Of a stretch of DNA of 64,000 bases, positions 49,754 to 59,782 are shown in pieces (positions within the stretch are counted from its first letter, which is position 1; each line of letters opens with the position of its first letter). The translations under genes and the position numbers were made by a program. Source of the DNA: Parcubacteria group bacterium Gr01-1014_31. GTDB taxonomy: Bacteria > Patescibacteriota > Patescibacteriia > Buchananbacterales > GWA2-38-13. The notes beneath the pieces were generated by a model. It worked only from the letters and a program-made list of their open reading frames with translations. It did not search any database and was not told where the DNA came from. The stretch is from contig VMFR01000001.1 of NCBI GenBank assembly GCA_007376135.1, forward strand, positions 452,360 through 516,359, given 5' to 3'.

Positions 49754-51120
49754 CTACGAGACAATCTCCGCACAGTCCCCTTCTCAGCGTCCACTTCCAC
49801 ACGGTCGCCGTCTTTGAGTGCTTGGGTGGCGATCTTGGTACCCATCACGCACGGAATTTTATATTCCCGCGCCACGATCGCGGCGTGCGCGGTAATACCG
49901 CCTTCGTCCGTCACGATGGCCTTCACTCTTTTCAAAAAAGGTACAATCTCGGGCGTGGTCATTCCCGTCACAATGATATCGCCGCGCCGGATGCGGTCGT
50001 AGGAGTACGGATTGACCTTGCGGACGCGACCGCGAACGTTGCCAGGGTAGGCCGCCAAGCCACGTAAGAATTTCTCCTTCTGCCCCCCACCCTCGTTCGC
50101 CATAGCCCGAAACCAACGACCGGTGAAGAGATACCCCTGGCCACCCAGCACGACGTAGCCCATACCACGCTGACGCTGACGAATGACGGCACGCGAAATG
50201 CGCTGCTGCAATATCTCGTCGGCGGTCAGCTGGATGATCTCGTTGAAAGTCAAACCATACCGCCGCGCCAGCTCGCTCATGAACGGCTGCTGGGCATAAA
50301 AAAATTTCGTCACGGCCAGCAGGCGCGTATCGCGAAATGCTACCAAGCGCTGCGCAACGTAAAATAATTTCCGATGACGCCGCAACGACGCTGGCAGGAT
50401 TTTATGGCGAGACGGGGTTGATGTACGCGCCTCGCGCATTTCGCGCCGTAATACCGCCGGAGTGTAGTGCCGAATATGAAAAAGATAGGAATTCGACCAG
50501 CCGTAACGTTCAATAAAATCGGCAGCAACCTTGGCCGGCAGGCGTGTGCCATACCGGCGGCGCAACGTCACCAATGCCTGCTGTTTCCGTTGCAGTTCCG
50601 TCAACCCATGAGGTGCCGAATAGCGTACAATGGCGTCAGCGTCCACACCTCGAGCCGTCAACCGGTCTTTCACGACCTGGTCGGCAAACATCGGAAAATA
50701 GGCCGACGCCCATACCCGGTCGCAATGCTCGACAAATTTCAAAAAATGGCGCTGCAACTCCTGTAGGGTCCAGGTGCGAAACGGCACATGGCGCTGACCC
50801 TCGCCCCAGCGTATGGCCCGATCGAGGATCCGCTGGAGGACGTCGACGCGCTGGATGACGAGGTCCGGACGACGCGTGAGCCAGCCGCGGATGGTCCGGT
50901 GGACCGCGGCCAGTTCGCGCCGATGGAAAAAGGACGCCTCGCCGTAGCGTTTCCAGTATTGAAGATTCGGTAAACCTAAAATCGGCCGCAGCTGCGACCG
51001 ATTGCATCGTCGGATGGTATCTACAACGAGAACGGGATGGCCTCCGCGGGCGACGAAACGCTCCCAAGGAATTTGCCGCTGTTGCCGCAACGCGCTTGCC
51101 AAGGACAGCCGTTTCGCCAT
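49750..51120 (-). CDS. PEP-utilizing enzyme, mobile domain protein, paralog 1
   Basis: DEGGITAHAAIVAREYKIPCVMGTK. Confidence 0.88.
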   Translation of the reverse strand: MAKRLSLASALRQQRQIPWERFVARGGHPVLVVDTIRRCNRSQLRPILGLPNLQYWKRYGEASFFHRRELAAVHRTIRGWLTRRPDLVIQRVDVLQRILDRAIRWGEGQRHVPFRTWTLQELQRHFLKFVEHCDRVWASAYFPMFADQVVKDRLTARGVDADAIVRYSAPHGLTELQRKQQALVTLRRRYGTRLPAKVAADFIERYGWSNSYLFHIRHYTPAVLRREMREARTSTPSRHKILPASLRRHRKLFYVAQRLVAFRDTRLLAVTKFFYAQQPFMSELARRYGLTFNEIIQLTADEILQQRISRAVIRQRQRGMGYVVLGGQGYLFTGRWFRAMANEGGGQKEKFLRGLAAYPGNVRGRVRKVNPYSYDRIRRGDIIVTGMTTPEIVPFLKRVKAIVTDEGGITAHAAIVAREYKIPCVMGTKIATQALKDGDRVEVDAEKGTVRRLSRR

Positions 51121-51133
51121 AACACCATGTTTC

Positions 51134-52444
51134 TCACCGCCCCAAAATCCGACGCGTTTCTACTTTGTAGGCCTCGACGTTCGGCTGGTCAAAGGCGTTC
51201 ACGTTCATCAGCTTGCCCAGGTACATCATCTCCATCATTTTGAATTGCATAAATTCGCCCAGGCTGCGTTCCGACACGTCATCAAGTATCACCTCCATGA
51301 ACGGCAGGCCGCGCTTGCCGTAGGCGATCTTTACGCCGGACAGTATCGCGTCCATGACGCCCACAGCAGTTTTCCCCGCGATGCCGGAGACCAAGCCCGC
51401 CAACGCCAGTTTGGACGGGATTTTCACGCTTGCGCTTTTCGCGGTGGTAACGAACGTCGTTACCACCGCCTTGGGCCCGCCTAGATACAGCTGCCCGACC
51501 GAATGCAGGTCCGTGGAACCGACCGACACGGTCGGGAACATCCCGGCGTTGACGGTCTTTCCGCCAACATCCTGCTCTTTGCCGATGCTTTCGCCCATCA
51601 GCTGCCGGTACCACTTCCCCAGCGACTCCAGTTCCGGATGGAACACGAACGTGTCGTGGATGAGAAATCCGCGCTGCCGCTGCTGATATAAAATACAAGC
51701 CGAAAGCATTGCCGGGTTGTCTTCCAAACGTTGGGCCAGGCAACGCTCAAGCATTGCCGCTGCACCCCCGCGCAGTGCCTTGATATTGTATCCAGCCGCG
51801 GCCAGCGGGAAGAGGCCGACTGCCGACAGCACCGAGTAGCGTCCGCCCACGGACTTGGGAATGGGCAGGCGTCGTAGCCCGAGCGTCACGGCCAGCTGCC
51901 AAAGTTTCGAGCCCTCGTCGGTGGTCACCACCAGGCGGTGGGCGGCGTCCGGAAAGCGACGGGAAAGGTGGCGGTACAAAATTTCAAAGTTGGCGACCGG
52001 TTCCGTGTTGCTCCCGGATTTGCTGATGATGTTGACCACGACCTCACTCGACCGCTTGACCTCGGTTTCCATTAGGCGGCCCAACCGCTGCAGCCACTCC
52101 GGGTCAACGGTATCGGCGAACAACAGCTTGGGAAAACGGCGCGGTTCCAGGACATCAAATCCTCCGGAGATCGCGTCGTAGATGGCCTTGGTACCTAGAT
52201 TGGAACCGCCGATGCCAACGACCACCAGGTACTTGAGCGATTTGGTTGCCGTCGCCTTCACCGCCGCCGTAACATTATTGGACAGCACGGCATCCGACGC
52301 CAAACACAACGAGCTTTCCGCCGCTTCATAGCCGCCGCGGGTCGTGGCTGTGCGCAGTTGCTGCCGGTACGCGACCAGCTCCTGCCCGCACTGCTGCAGT
52401 TCGATCGGCGTCAAACGGCAGGTCTCTCGATAGCGCAGTTCCAT
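51134..52444 (-). CDS. pgi: glucose-6-phosphate isomerase
   Basis: GIGGSNLG, SKSG, VGGRYSVLS, QLMGESIGK, FDQPNVEAYK. Confidence 0.93.
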   Translation of the reverse strand: MELRYRETCRLTPIELQQCGQELVAYRQQLRTATTRGGYEAAESSLCLASDAVLSNNVTAAVKATATKSLKYLVVVGIGGSNLGTKAIYDAISGGFDVLEPRRFPKLLFADTVDPEWLQRLGRLMETEVKRSSEVVVNIISKSGSNTEPVANFEILYRHLSRRFPDAAHRLVVTTDEGSKLWQLAVTLGLRRLPIPKSVGGRYSVLSAVGLFPLAAAGYNIKALRGGAAAMLERCLAQRLEDNPAMLSACILYQQRQRGFLIHDTFVFHPELESLGKWYRQLMGESIGKEQDVGGKTVNAGMFPTVSVGSTDLHSVGQLYLGGPKAVVTTFVTTAKSASVKIPSKLALAGLVSGIAGKTAVGVMDAILSGVKIAYGKRGLPFMEVILDDVSERSLGEFMQFKMMEMMYLGKLMNVNAFDQPNVEAYKVETRRILGR

Positions 52445-52457
52445 ACCGTCAGGCCAC

Positions 52458-54287
52458 CTACAATATTTTTTTCACCATCTCGACGATGGCCGGCGCCGAG
52501 ATCTCTTCGTAGTCCAGCAATTCTTGCGGGGTGCCGGACTTCGGCTGCTTGCGAACTGCCAGACTGTACACGCGCACCGGAATTTCAGCCACGGCTTCCC
52601 GCACCGCGTCGCCGATCCCGCCCTCCGCCACATGGTCTTCCACCGTGATGATGGCTTTCGTATCGTGCGCGGCGCGCTGCAAGGTCGCGCGGTCCACCGG
52701 TTTGACGCTGTAACAGTCAATAACTCGCGCGTCAATCCCCTGTTCCTTGAGCTGGTCGGCGGCTTTGAGCGCCTCAAATACCGTGACCCCTGCACCGACG
52801 ATGGCAACCTGGTCGGCCGCGGTTGCCCGCAGCACCTTGCTGCCGCCGATAGCAAGCTTCTCGCCGGGACTATACAGCAGGGGCGTTGCCATGCGCGTGG
52901 TGCGCACGTACACGATCCCGCGATGTTTGACCGCCTCCTCCACCAGGGCTTCGGTACTATACGCATCGCACGGGTACAGCACGACGCTGTTGAGGACCGT
53001 CCGAAACATCGCCAGATCCTCCAACCCCATCTGCGACGGCCCGTCCTGCCCGATGGACACGCCAGCGTGCGAACCGCAAAACTTGATGTTGCCGCCGGAA
53101 TACTGGCTCATGCGGATCTGGTCAAACGCGCGGGTGAAGAATGCCGCGAAAGTGGAGACGAACGGGATCTTGCCGCGTCGCGCCATCCCCAAAGCCGCGC
53201 CGACCATGTTCTGCTCGGCAATGTACATTTCCACGTAGCGTTCCGGATACACCTGCCGCATCTTCTCAGCAAAGGTGGAATTGGAGGTCTCGCCGTCCAT
53301 GGCGACCAGCGACGGGAACAGCGGCGCCAATCGGACGAGCGCATGCCCGTACGCTTCGCGGGTGGCCACCGGCTTTCCCGCCGGATAGGACGGGGCCTTG
53401 CTCACGCCAACCACGAATGACCGCGGCCGCTGCTCTTCCGGCAGGGCGATTTGCCCCCGCACCGACGCATCCACCGGCCCCAGCTCGGCCAGCGCCCCTT
53501 TCAGTTCGTCCTGGCTCAAGGCCTTACCGTGCCAACCCGGTTTATTCTCCAGCAGCGAGACGCCCCTCCCCTTCATCGTCTTGGCAACGACCATCACGGG
53601 CTTGCCTTTGACGCGCGCAGCGGCGCGGTAGGCGGCAATGACCTTGGGCAAGCTGTGGCCATTCACGACGATGCACTTCCACCCGAAAGACTCGACGCGC
53701 TTGGCGTACGCCTTCACATCGTGGCCGTACATCGTCGGACCGGTCTGGCCCAAGCGGTTGACGTCCAGGATGCCGACCAAATTGTCCAATTGGTAGTGGG
53801 CAGCCAGCTGGATCGCTTCCCAGATCGAACCCTCGGCCATCTCGCTGTCGCCCAGCAGGACGTACGTGCGATAGGGCAGCTGGTCGAAGTACTTGGCGTT
53901 GTAGGCCATGCCGACGCCGATGGACAGCCCTTGGCCCAGCGACCCGGTGGCCGCCTCCGCGAACGGGAACGCCGGGACCGGATGGCCTTCGAGCACGCTC
54001 CCGAATTTCCGCAACGTTACCAGCTCATTTTCGCTGACGCGGCCCGCGGCCGCCCAGAGCGCGTACAGCAGCGGCGAAGCGTGACCTTTGGAAAAAATGA
54101 GCCGGTCGTTGTTGGGCCGAGCGGGGTGGTCGGCGTCAAAACGGAACACGCCGGAAAACAGCAGCCCGACGGTGAGCTCCACCGCCGACAGCGACGAGCT
54201 CGGATGCCCCGACCCGGCCGCGGTCGTCGATTTCAAAATGTAATACCGGACCAATTGGGTGAGTTGCCGTAAAGAGTCTTTCGCCAT
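52458..54287 (-). CDS. tkt: transketolase
   Basis: SGHPSSSLS, SKGHA, TGSLGQG, GDSEMAEG, GQDGPSQ. Confidence 0.93.
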   Translation of the reverse strand: MAKDSLRQLTQLVRYYILKSTTAAGSGHPSSSLSAVELTVGLLFSGVFRFDADHPARPNNDRLIFSKGHASPLLYALWAAAGRVSENELVTLRKFGSVLEGHPVPAFPFAEAATGSLGQGLSIGVGMAYNAKYFDQLPYRTYVLLGDSEMAEGSIWEAIQLAAHYQLDNLVGILDVNRLGQTGPTMYGHDVKAYAKRVESFGWKCIVVNGHSLPKVIAAYRAAARVKGKPVMVVAKTMKGRGVSLLENKPGWHGKALSQDELKGALAELGPVDASVRGQIALPEEQRPRSFVVGVSKAPSYPAGKPVATREAYGHALVRLAPLFPSLVAMDGETSNSTFAEKMRQVYPERYVEMYIAEQNMVGAALGMARRGKIPFVSTFAAFFTRAFDQIRMSQYSGGNIKFCGSHAGVSIGQDGPSQMGLEDLAMFRTVLNSVVLYPCDAYSTEALVEEAVKHRGIVYVRTTRMATPLLYSPGEKLAIGGSKVLRATAADQVAIVGAGVTVFEALKAADQLKEQGIDARVIDCYSVKPVDRATLQRAAHDTKAIITVEDHVAEGGIGDAVREAVAEIPVRVYSLAVRKQPKSGTPQELLDYEEISAPAIVEMVKKIL

Positions 54288-54296
54288 GGAAGTTTC

Positions 54297-54617
54297 CTAC
54301 AGGCTTATGAACAGTGCGGAGACCAGGTTCACAATGCCGCCGACCAGCAGGCCCGTGCCGATCCCCAGGTGTTTTTTTTGGACTTTCAATACGGCCAGCA
54401 AGACCGCCCCGCCGACCACCAGCACGAACGGCGAGACCAGATAAAAGAAGAACGCGTAGTAGGCGGCGCCGATCTCGGCGTCCGGCTGCCGCATTCCCAG
54501 GTAGCCGACGATAGAGGAAACCACGCCGGGCATCAGACCGAGGATGAACGGCAAACTCTTGGCGAACCGCCCCGGCAGCATGGGCATCGGCGGTATAGGT
54601 ACGGGTACGTTTTCCAT
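54297..54617 (-). CDS. hypothetical membrane protein (3 TM)
   Basis: Hydrophobic helices; start trimmed to MENVPV. Confidence 0.55.
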   Translation of the reverse strand: MENVPVPIPPMPMLPGRFAKSLPFILGLMPGVVSSIVGYLGMRQPDAEIGAAYYAFFFYLVSPFVLVVGGAVLLAVLKVQKKHLGIGTGLLVGGIVNLVSALFISL

Positions 54618-54739
54618 AGGCAAAAAAATTTCTGTTATTCTACTTAACATTTCATCATTGACATACTACCAGATTCAGCGTATATTATCCTTTCGCAATT
54701 CTTGCACTTTCGACAACCACATTTTGATAGGAGGCTCCC

Positions 54740-55177
54740 TTGGCGAATAGTCGACTTGAGCGGGTCTTTGACGAATTCCGAGCGTTGATTCAAGGTGGCC
54801 GACTGGATGAGGCGAGCGTCTACTGGTGGCTTCTTGAAGCCTCAGGGATTGCCAGCACGCGGCCAATCAAGAAACGCAGGGAGAGCGTCACGGGTCTCGA
54901 AGAATACGATGTCGATGTGCTACGCACCCCCGCCATTCAAATCCCATCCTTCCGATGGTCAGGACGGGCGCAGACCCTGCTCGCCTCCATCGAACGAGAA
55001 CAGGGACAGCCACTCCTCCTCCACCACCTCATCCAATACACCGAAATGGAGCTGATGAGCTTCCGCGGGACGGGCATGACCACAATCAACGAAGTCAGGA
55101 CCAACCTTGCAACCCTCGGGCTAAGCCTCGGTTCCATTATCGGGATCGAACTCGCCAAACGAATCCTCTCCATGTAG
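54740..55177 (+). CDS. stand-alone RNA polymerase alpha C-terminal domain-like protein
   Basis: WSGRAQTLL...LIQYTEMELMSFRGTGMTTINEVRTNLATLGLSLG matches the alphaCTD pattern; aggagg SD before TTG. Confidence 0.7.
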   Translation: MANSRLERVFDEFRALIQGGRLDEASVYWWLLEASGIASTRPIKKRRESVTGLEEYDVDVLRTPAIQIPSFRWSGRAQTLLASIEREQGQPLLLHHLIQYTEMELMSFRGTGMTTINEVRTNLATLGLSLGSIIGIELAKRILSM

Positions 55178-55217
55178 CGGTAGCCCCCGAACCTAAGGGC
55201 CGACAGCTACGAACCAG

Positions 55218-55244
55218 CCGCCACACACAAGTGGCGGTTTTATT

Positions 55245-55246
<2 letters not shown>
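55218..55246 (+). terminator. intrinsic terminator
   Basis: ccgccac-acacaa-gtggcgg-ttttatttt. Confidence 0.65.
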
Positions 55247-57653
<2,407 letters not shown>

Positions 57654-57841
57654 AGCAATAAACTACCCGCCGTCTCCTGCCGGCGTTCCTGCTCATTTTA
57701 GCACTGTCTGACCCAGCGGCGCCAACCAATCGTTTCGCTGCTCACTGCGGCCGCCAGGTTGAAAATCCGCCGAAAGAAAGCTCCGGGATCGGTTGGAAGT
57801 AGGGTTCGGCAATCAAAATCTTGGGCCACCGGGTAGCCTAT

Positions 57842-58819
57842 TCAGGCGGAACGAATCTGGCCCTGGTAGCGCTGATATGCTTGTTTTTTGAGCAGAAGTC
57901 GTCGCGCCCTTGTTGGGCTATACGCACCTCTTTTTTTTAGTAAATTTATTACGCTATCTCTCCTTGAACGGCTTTTACTCCCCATCGCCAATTTATTTCT
58001 CCCTAATTTCAAGCCGAGATGCTCGGCCCCGCTAGCGTAGGTGCGTATTTTCGTTTTTGCAGGGTTTACTGGAAGTCTCTGATTATTATCAAAATCAGAA
58101 AGGATTTTTTCCACTATTTTTACGACTGCCGAAATTTTTTCCTGGCTCACTCTGCTTGCGCTGATACCTATGTCGTCTATAAAAATCGCCACTCGAGGAT
58201 CATATTTTTTAAGGAGCTTTTTTACTTCCCGATCAAGGTGAATAAAGGTATCTAAATTACACCACACGGCTAATCGAGTAGAGGTTGCGAAACCTCGAGC
58301 AAGAGTTTTTTCTGTAGACATAGAACCCTTTTGGCCAACGGGAACGCAACATAGACTGGCCAATAGCCGTGATGCTCGGGGGCTACAGCCGCATTTTCTA
58401 TAGAAGAAAAAAAATACTCTCTGTTCACGAATCTGTTCAAAAAAATGCGTGATGTCGAGACTAGCTAAAATCCTCCCTCTCTCTTGCCCCAGTAGACTAC
58501 GGGCTGCTTGTATATGACTTCTGCCTGTCATGCCGCCAAAAATATAATTGGGTACGAGACGATCATGAGGTGCAAGAACCTTCTTATCAATCCGTTCGAG
58601 AAGCACGCCCAATGGAGTGCGGGCCGCACTACGCACAAACTTTCCTCTGTTAGGTTGAGAATTCTCGCTATTATCGCGCCAGTAATAATCAAAGTTACGA
58701 ATCACATCATTAATGAGTGTCAGTGCCTGCGGATAAGGTAAGGCGCTATCGCTAATCGTTTTTGCCAACTCATTCTTGCTACCAATCCTCAATCGCGGGT
58801 ATCGCGGACGGCTAAACAT
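57842..58819 (-). CDS. reverse transcriptase, retron-sized, divergent motifs
   Basis: LDITHFFEQI (first Asp), LARGFATS (QGxxxS equivalent), AIFIDDIGIS (YxDD equivalent), VNPAKT, HLGL; 325 aa. Confidence 0.88.
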   Translation of the reverse strand: MFSRPRYPRLRIGSKNELAKTISDSALPYPQALTLINDVIRNFDYYWRDNSENSQPNRGKFVRSAARTPLGVLLERIDKKVLAPHDRLVPNYIFGGMTGRSHIQAARSLLGQERGRILASLDITHFFEQIREQRVFFFFYRKCGCSPRASRLLASLCCVPVGQKGSMSTEKTLARGFATSTRLAVWCNLDTFIHLDREVKKLLKKYDPRVAIFIDDIGISASRVSQEKISAVVKIVEKILSDFDNNQRLPVNPAKTKIRTYASGAEHLGLKLGRNKLAMGSKSRSRRDSVINLLKKRGAYSPTRARRLLLKKQAYQRYQGQIRSA

Positions 58820-59135
58820 AGCGCTTTAAATATTTTGCCCTCACATCGATCAGATACAGCTGTAGTTGACTACCAACGTCAATCAGCGATTTTTCTAGCT
58901 GGGATAATTTTTTTGTGGATGAGGGACTATCGAGCAACAAGAACGGCGTAATCGAACTGGGTTGTACACCCAATTTGTCAGCAAGTTTGATGATAAAATT
59001 TTTGGATACCTCTTTTTGACCCGATTCGATCATCGCAACAAGGACAGTTGATACACCTAAAACATTGGCAAATTCACTCTGCGTTAAATCACTTTCATCC
59101 CGAATTTTTTTTATCAACTCCGGTAGAGTATACAT
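58812..59135 (-). CDS. XRE/Cro-C1 family helix-turn-helix protein
   Basis: IKKIRDESDLTQSEFANVLGVSTVLVAMIESGQKEVS; overlaps the RT start by 8 nt. Confidence 0.92.
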   Translation of the reverse strand: MYTLPELIKKIRDESDLTQSEFANVLGVSTVLVAMIESGQKEVSKNFIIKLADKLGVQPSSITPFLLLDSPSSTKKLSQLEKSLIDVGSQLQLYLIDVRAKYLKRYV

Positions 59136-59159
59136 AATGTAAATATGACTAAGGGGTGG

Positions 59160-59240
59160 CTACATGAACCGCATGATGTCCATCACGATGCGAATGATCC
59201 AGATAATGATCCGAATGATTCGCAGAATGTAGACCAGCAT
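59160..59240 (-). CDS. 26-aa amphipathic hydrophobic small protein (putative toxin/effector; not in ORF track)
   Basis: MLVYILRIIRIIIWIIRIVMDIMRFM*; SD-like AGGGGTG 10 nt upstream. Confidence 0.65.
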   Translation of the reverse strand: MLVYILRIIRIIIWIIRIVMDIMRFM

Positions 59241-59673
59241 ACGTGCTAGCCACCCCTACACACGGAACGCCCAGACTAGAGTTTAGATTGGAGAAATGAG
59301 TTGCATTCATAGATAAGGGGTTTATTAATTAACCGACCTTTACCCAGGTGACTGATTACTCCAAAGCTTATGGCCATTTATTCCGAAATGCGGCGTTCCG
59401 GCGGAACTCACGGCCATAAGCTGTGAGCAATCATTAGACATCGACCTAATATCTTACAAGCACTTCCCTGCCCCTCGTCCTCCCCATCATCTCCTACACA
59501 TCTACTGGTTGTTTTTTTGAGGCAGATACTTTCGCTTGAGACAGCACCCGGGATTCCCCGGGGCAATAATTCATCCCCCCTACGGCACTAGCAGGAGAGA
59601 GATCCAGACACTTAACGTGTCTAAAATCATCGGATTCAACGGCCATCACTCTACTCCGTTTTCAATGTACCGT
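59241..59673 (-). ncRNA. structured leader / retron msr-msd-like ncRNA
   Basis: No long ORF on the minus strand; stems 59365-59375/59412-59422 and 59353-59361/59425-59433 (G-U pair works on the minus strand), plus further hairpins; upstream of HTH and RT. Confidence 0.65.
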
Positions 59674-59679
59674 GATTGA

Positions 59680-59708
59680 ATCATATACTTTTCGTATATG
59701 AATGTCAA
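59680..59708 (-). promoter_or_regulatory. sigma70 promoter with overlapping palindromic operator
   Basis: Minus-strand TTGACA (59708-59703), 17 nt, TATGAT (59685-59680); palindrome TCATATAC-N5-GTATATGA at 59681-59701. Confidence 0.8.
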
Positions 59709-59713
59709 CTGAC

Positions 59714-59722
59714 TTATCCACA
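59714..59722 (+). promoter_or_regulatory. DnaA-box consensus
   Basis: TTATCCACA, 5 nt upstream of the -35 element. Confidence 0.45.
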
Positions 59723-59782
59723 GAGCAAAACACGAGCTAGGGTGCCGCGAAGAGTAAAAATATTGACTTTGGTAAGAACATT

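Noticed and set aside
57842-58819. Group II intron, DGR or CRISPR-associated RT
   Set aside because: No maturase/X domain length, intron domain V, TR/VR repeat pair, cas genes or array were seen.
59152-59673. DRT2-type rolling-circle 'neo' hidden gene
   Set aside because: The small ORF has its own start, SD and stop in the genome, and the short RT plus HTH partner fits a retron-like layout better. It cannot be fully excluded without cDNA sequencing.
59714-59722. Replication origin
   Set aside because: There is only one perfect DnaA box here, with no cluster of boxes and no dnaA/dnaN nearby.
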